Positions 63,843-64,000 of a stretch of 64,000 bases of DNA are shown piece by piece. A program made the position numbers and the translations under genes. This DNA comes from Callorhinchus milii (Eukaryota). A model generated the notes under the pieces. The model had not been told where the DNA came from. It saw nothing but the letters and a program-made list of their open reading frames with translations, and ran no database searches. Within the stretch, counting starts at the first letter, position 1; every line of letters begins with the position of its first letter. The stretch is from assembly GCF_018977255.1 (NCBI RefSeq), contig NW_024704743.1, forward strand, positions 74,278,001 through 74,342,000. The letters are read 5' to 3'.

Positions 63843-64000
63843 GTGGAGTCCTGTAGCTCAGTACTTAGAGCACTCGCCTCGCAAGCGAGAGATCTCTCTT
63901 CGATTCCTAGCAGGGCAAAACCTTGGGCAAGTTTCTTTACTCCACACGCCTGATAATTATCCTTCAATAAAAAAACAATTATAAAATGGGTCATTTCAAT
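63843..64000 (+). mobile_element. tRNA-headed SINE, cut by window end
   Basis: GGAGTCCTGTAGCTCAG head and body. Confidence 0.9.

Noticed and set aside
10828..63984. Family of recurring small ORFs (MGKFPYST..., MESCSSVVRAL..., ...KRFETSRR...CKDYYY)
   Set aside because: All are translations of SINE copies, not a peptide gene family.
1..64000. CRISPR arrays, rRNA, prokaryotic operons
   Set aside because: No regularly spaced repeat-spacer pattern or rRNA motif; the sequence is intron-containing vertebrate DNA.

Overview
Eukaryotic (vertebrate) genomic DNA. The repeat landscape (tRNA-headed Deu-type SINEs, L2, CR1, a Penelope-type palindrome) suggests a cartilaginous fish, possibly a chimaera; this is inference. 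The only intact protein-coding gene is SNRK on the + strand. It has a CpG-island promoter and non-coding exon 1 at ~39.4-39.83 kb, then five coding exons (44441-45029, 50699-50840, 52188-52400, 53700-53834, 58390-59563; 2253 nt, 750 aa ending CCQVI) and a ~2.1 kb 3'UTR. The first 39 kb show no recognisable host gene and are packed with mobile-element fossils: SINEs, L2 and CR1 fragments, several very old PIF/Harbinger transposase remnants, and a decayed Helitron (30.6-35 kb, - strand) whose Rep domain is split by a rearranged L2 endonuclease fragment. Main oddities: a TSD-flanked 98-bp-arm hairpin carrying two degenerate hammerhead-ribozyme cores in an SNRK intron; a ~370-bp inverted duplication 4 kb apart fused to a SINE tail; a G-quadruplex-type minisatellite with an inverted C-rich partner in SNRK intron 1; a strong-context uORF that a second acceptor could skip; and inverted repeat pairs around the first coding exon that could drive circRNA formation. 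Almost all short ORFs in the track are repeat-derived or spurious. Repeat boundaries are estimated by eye.
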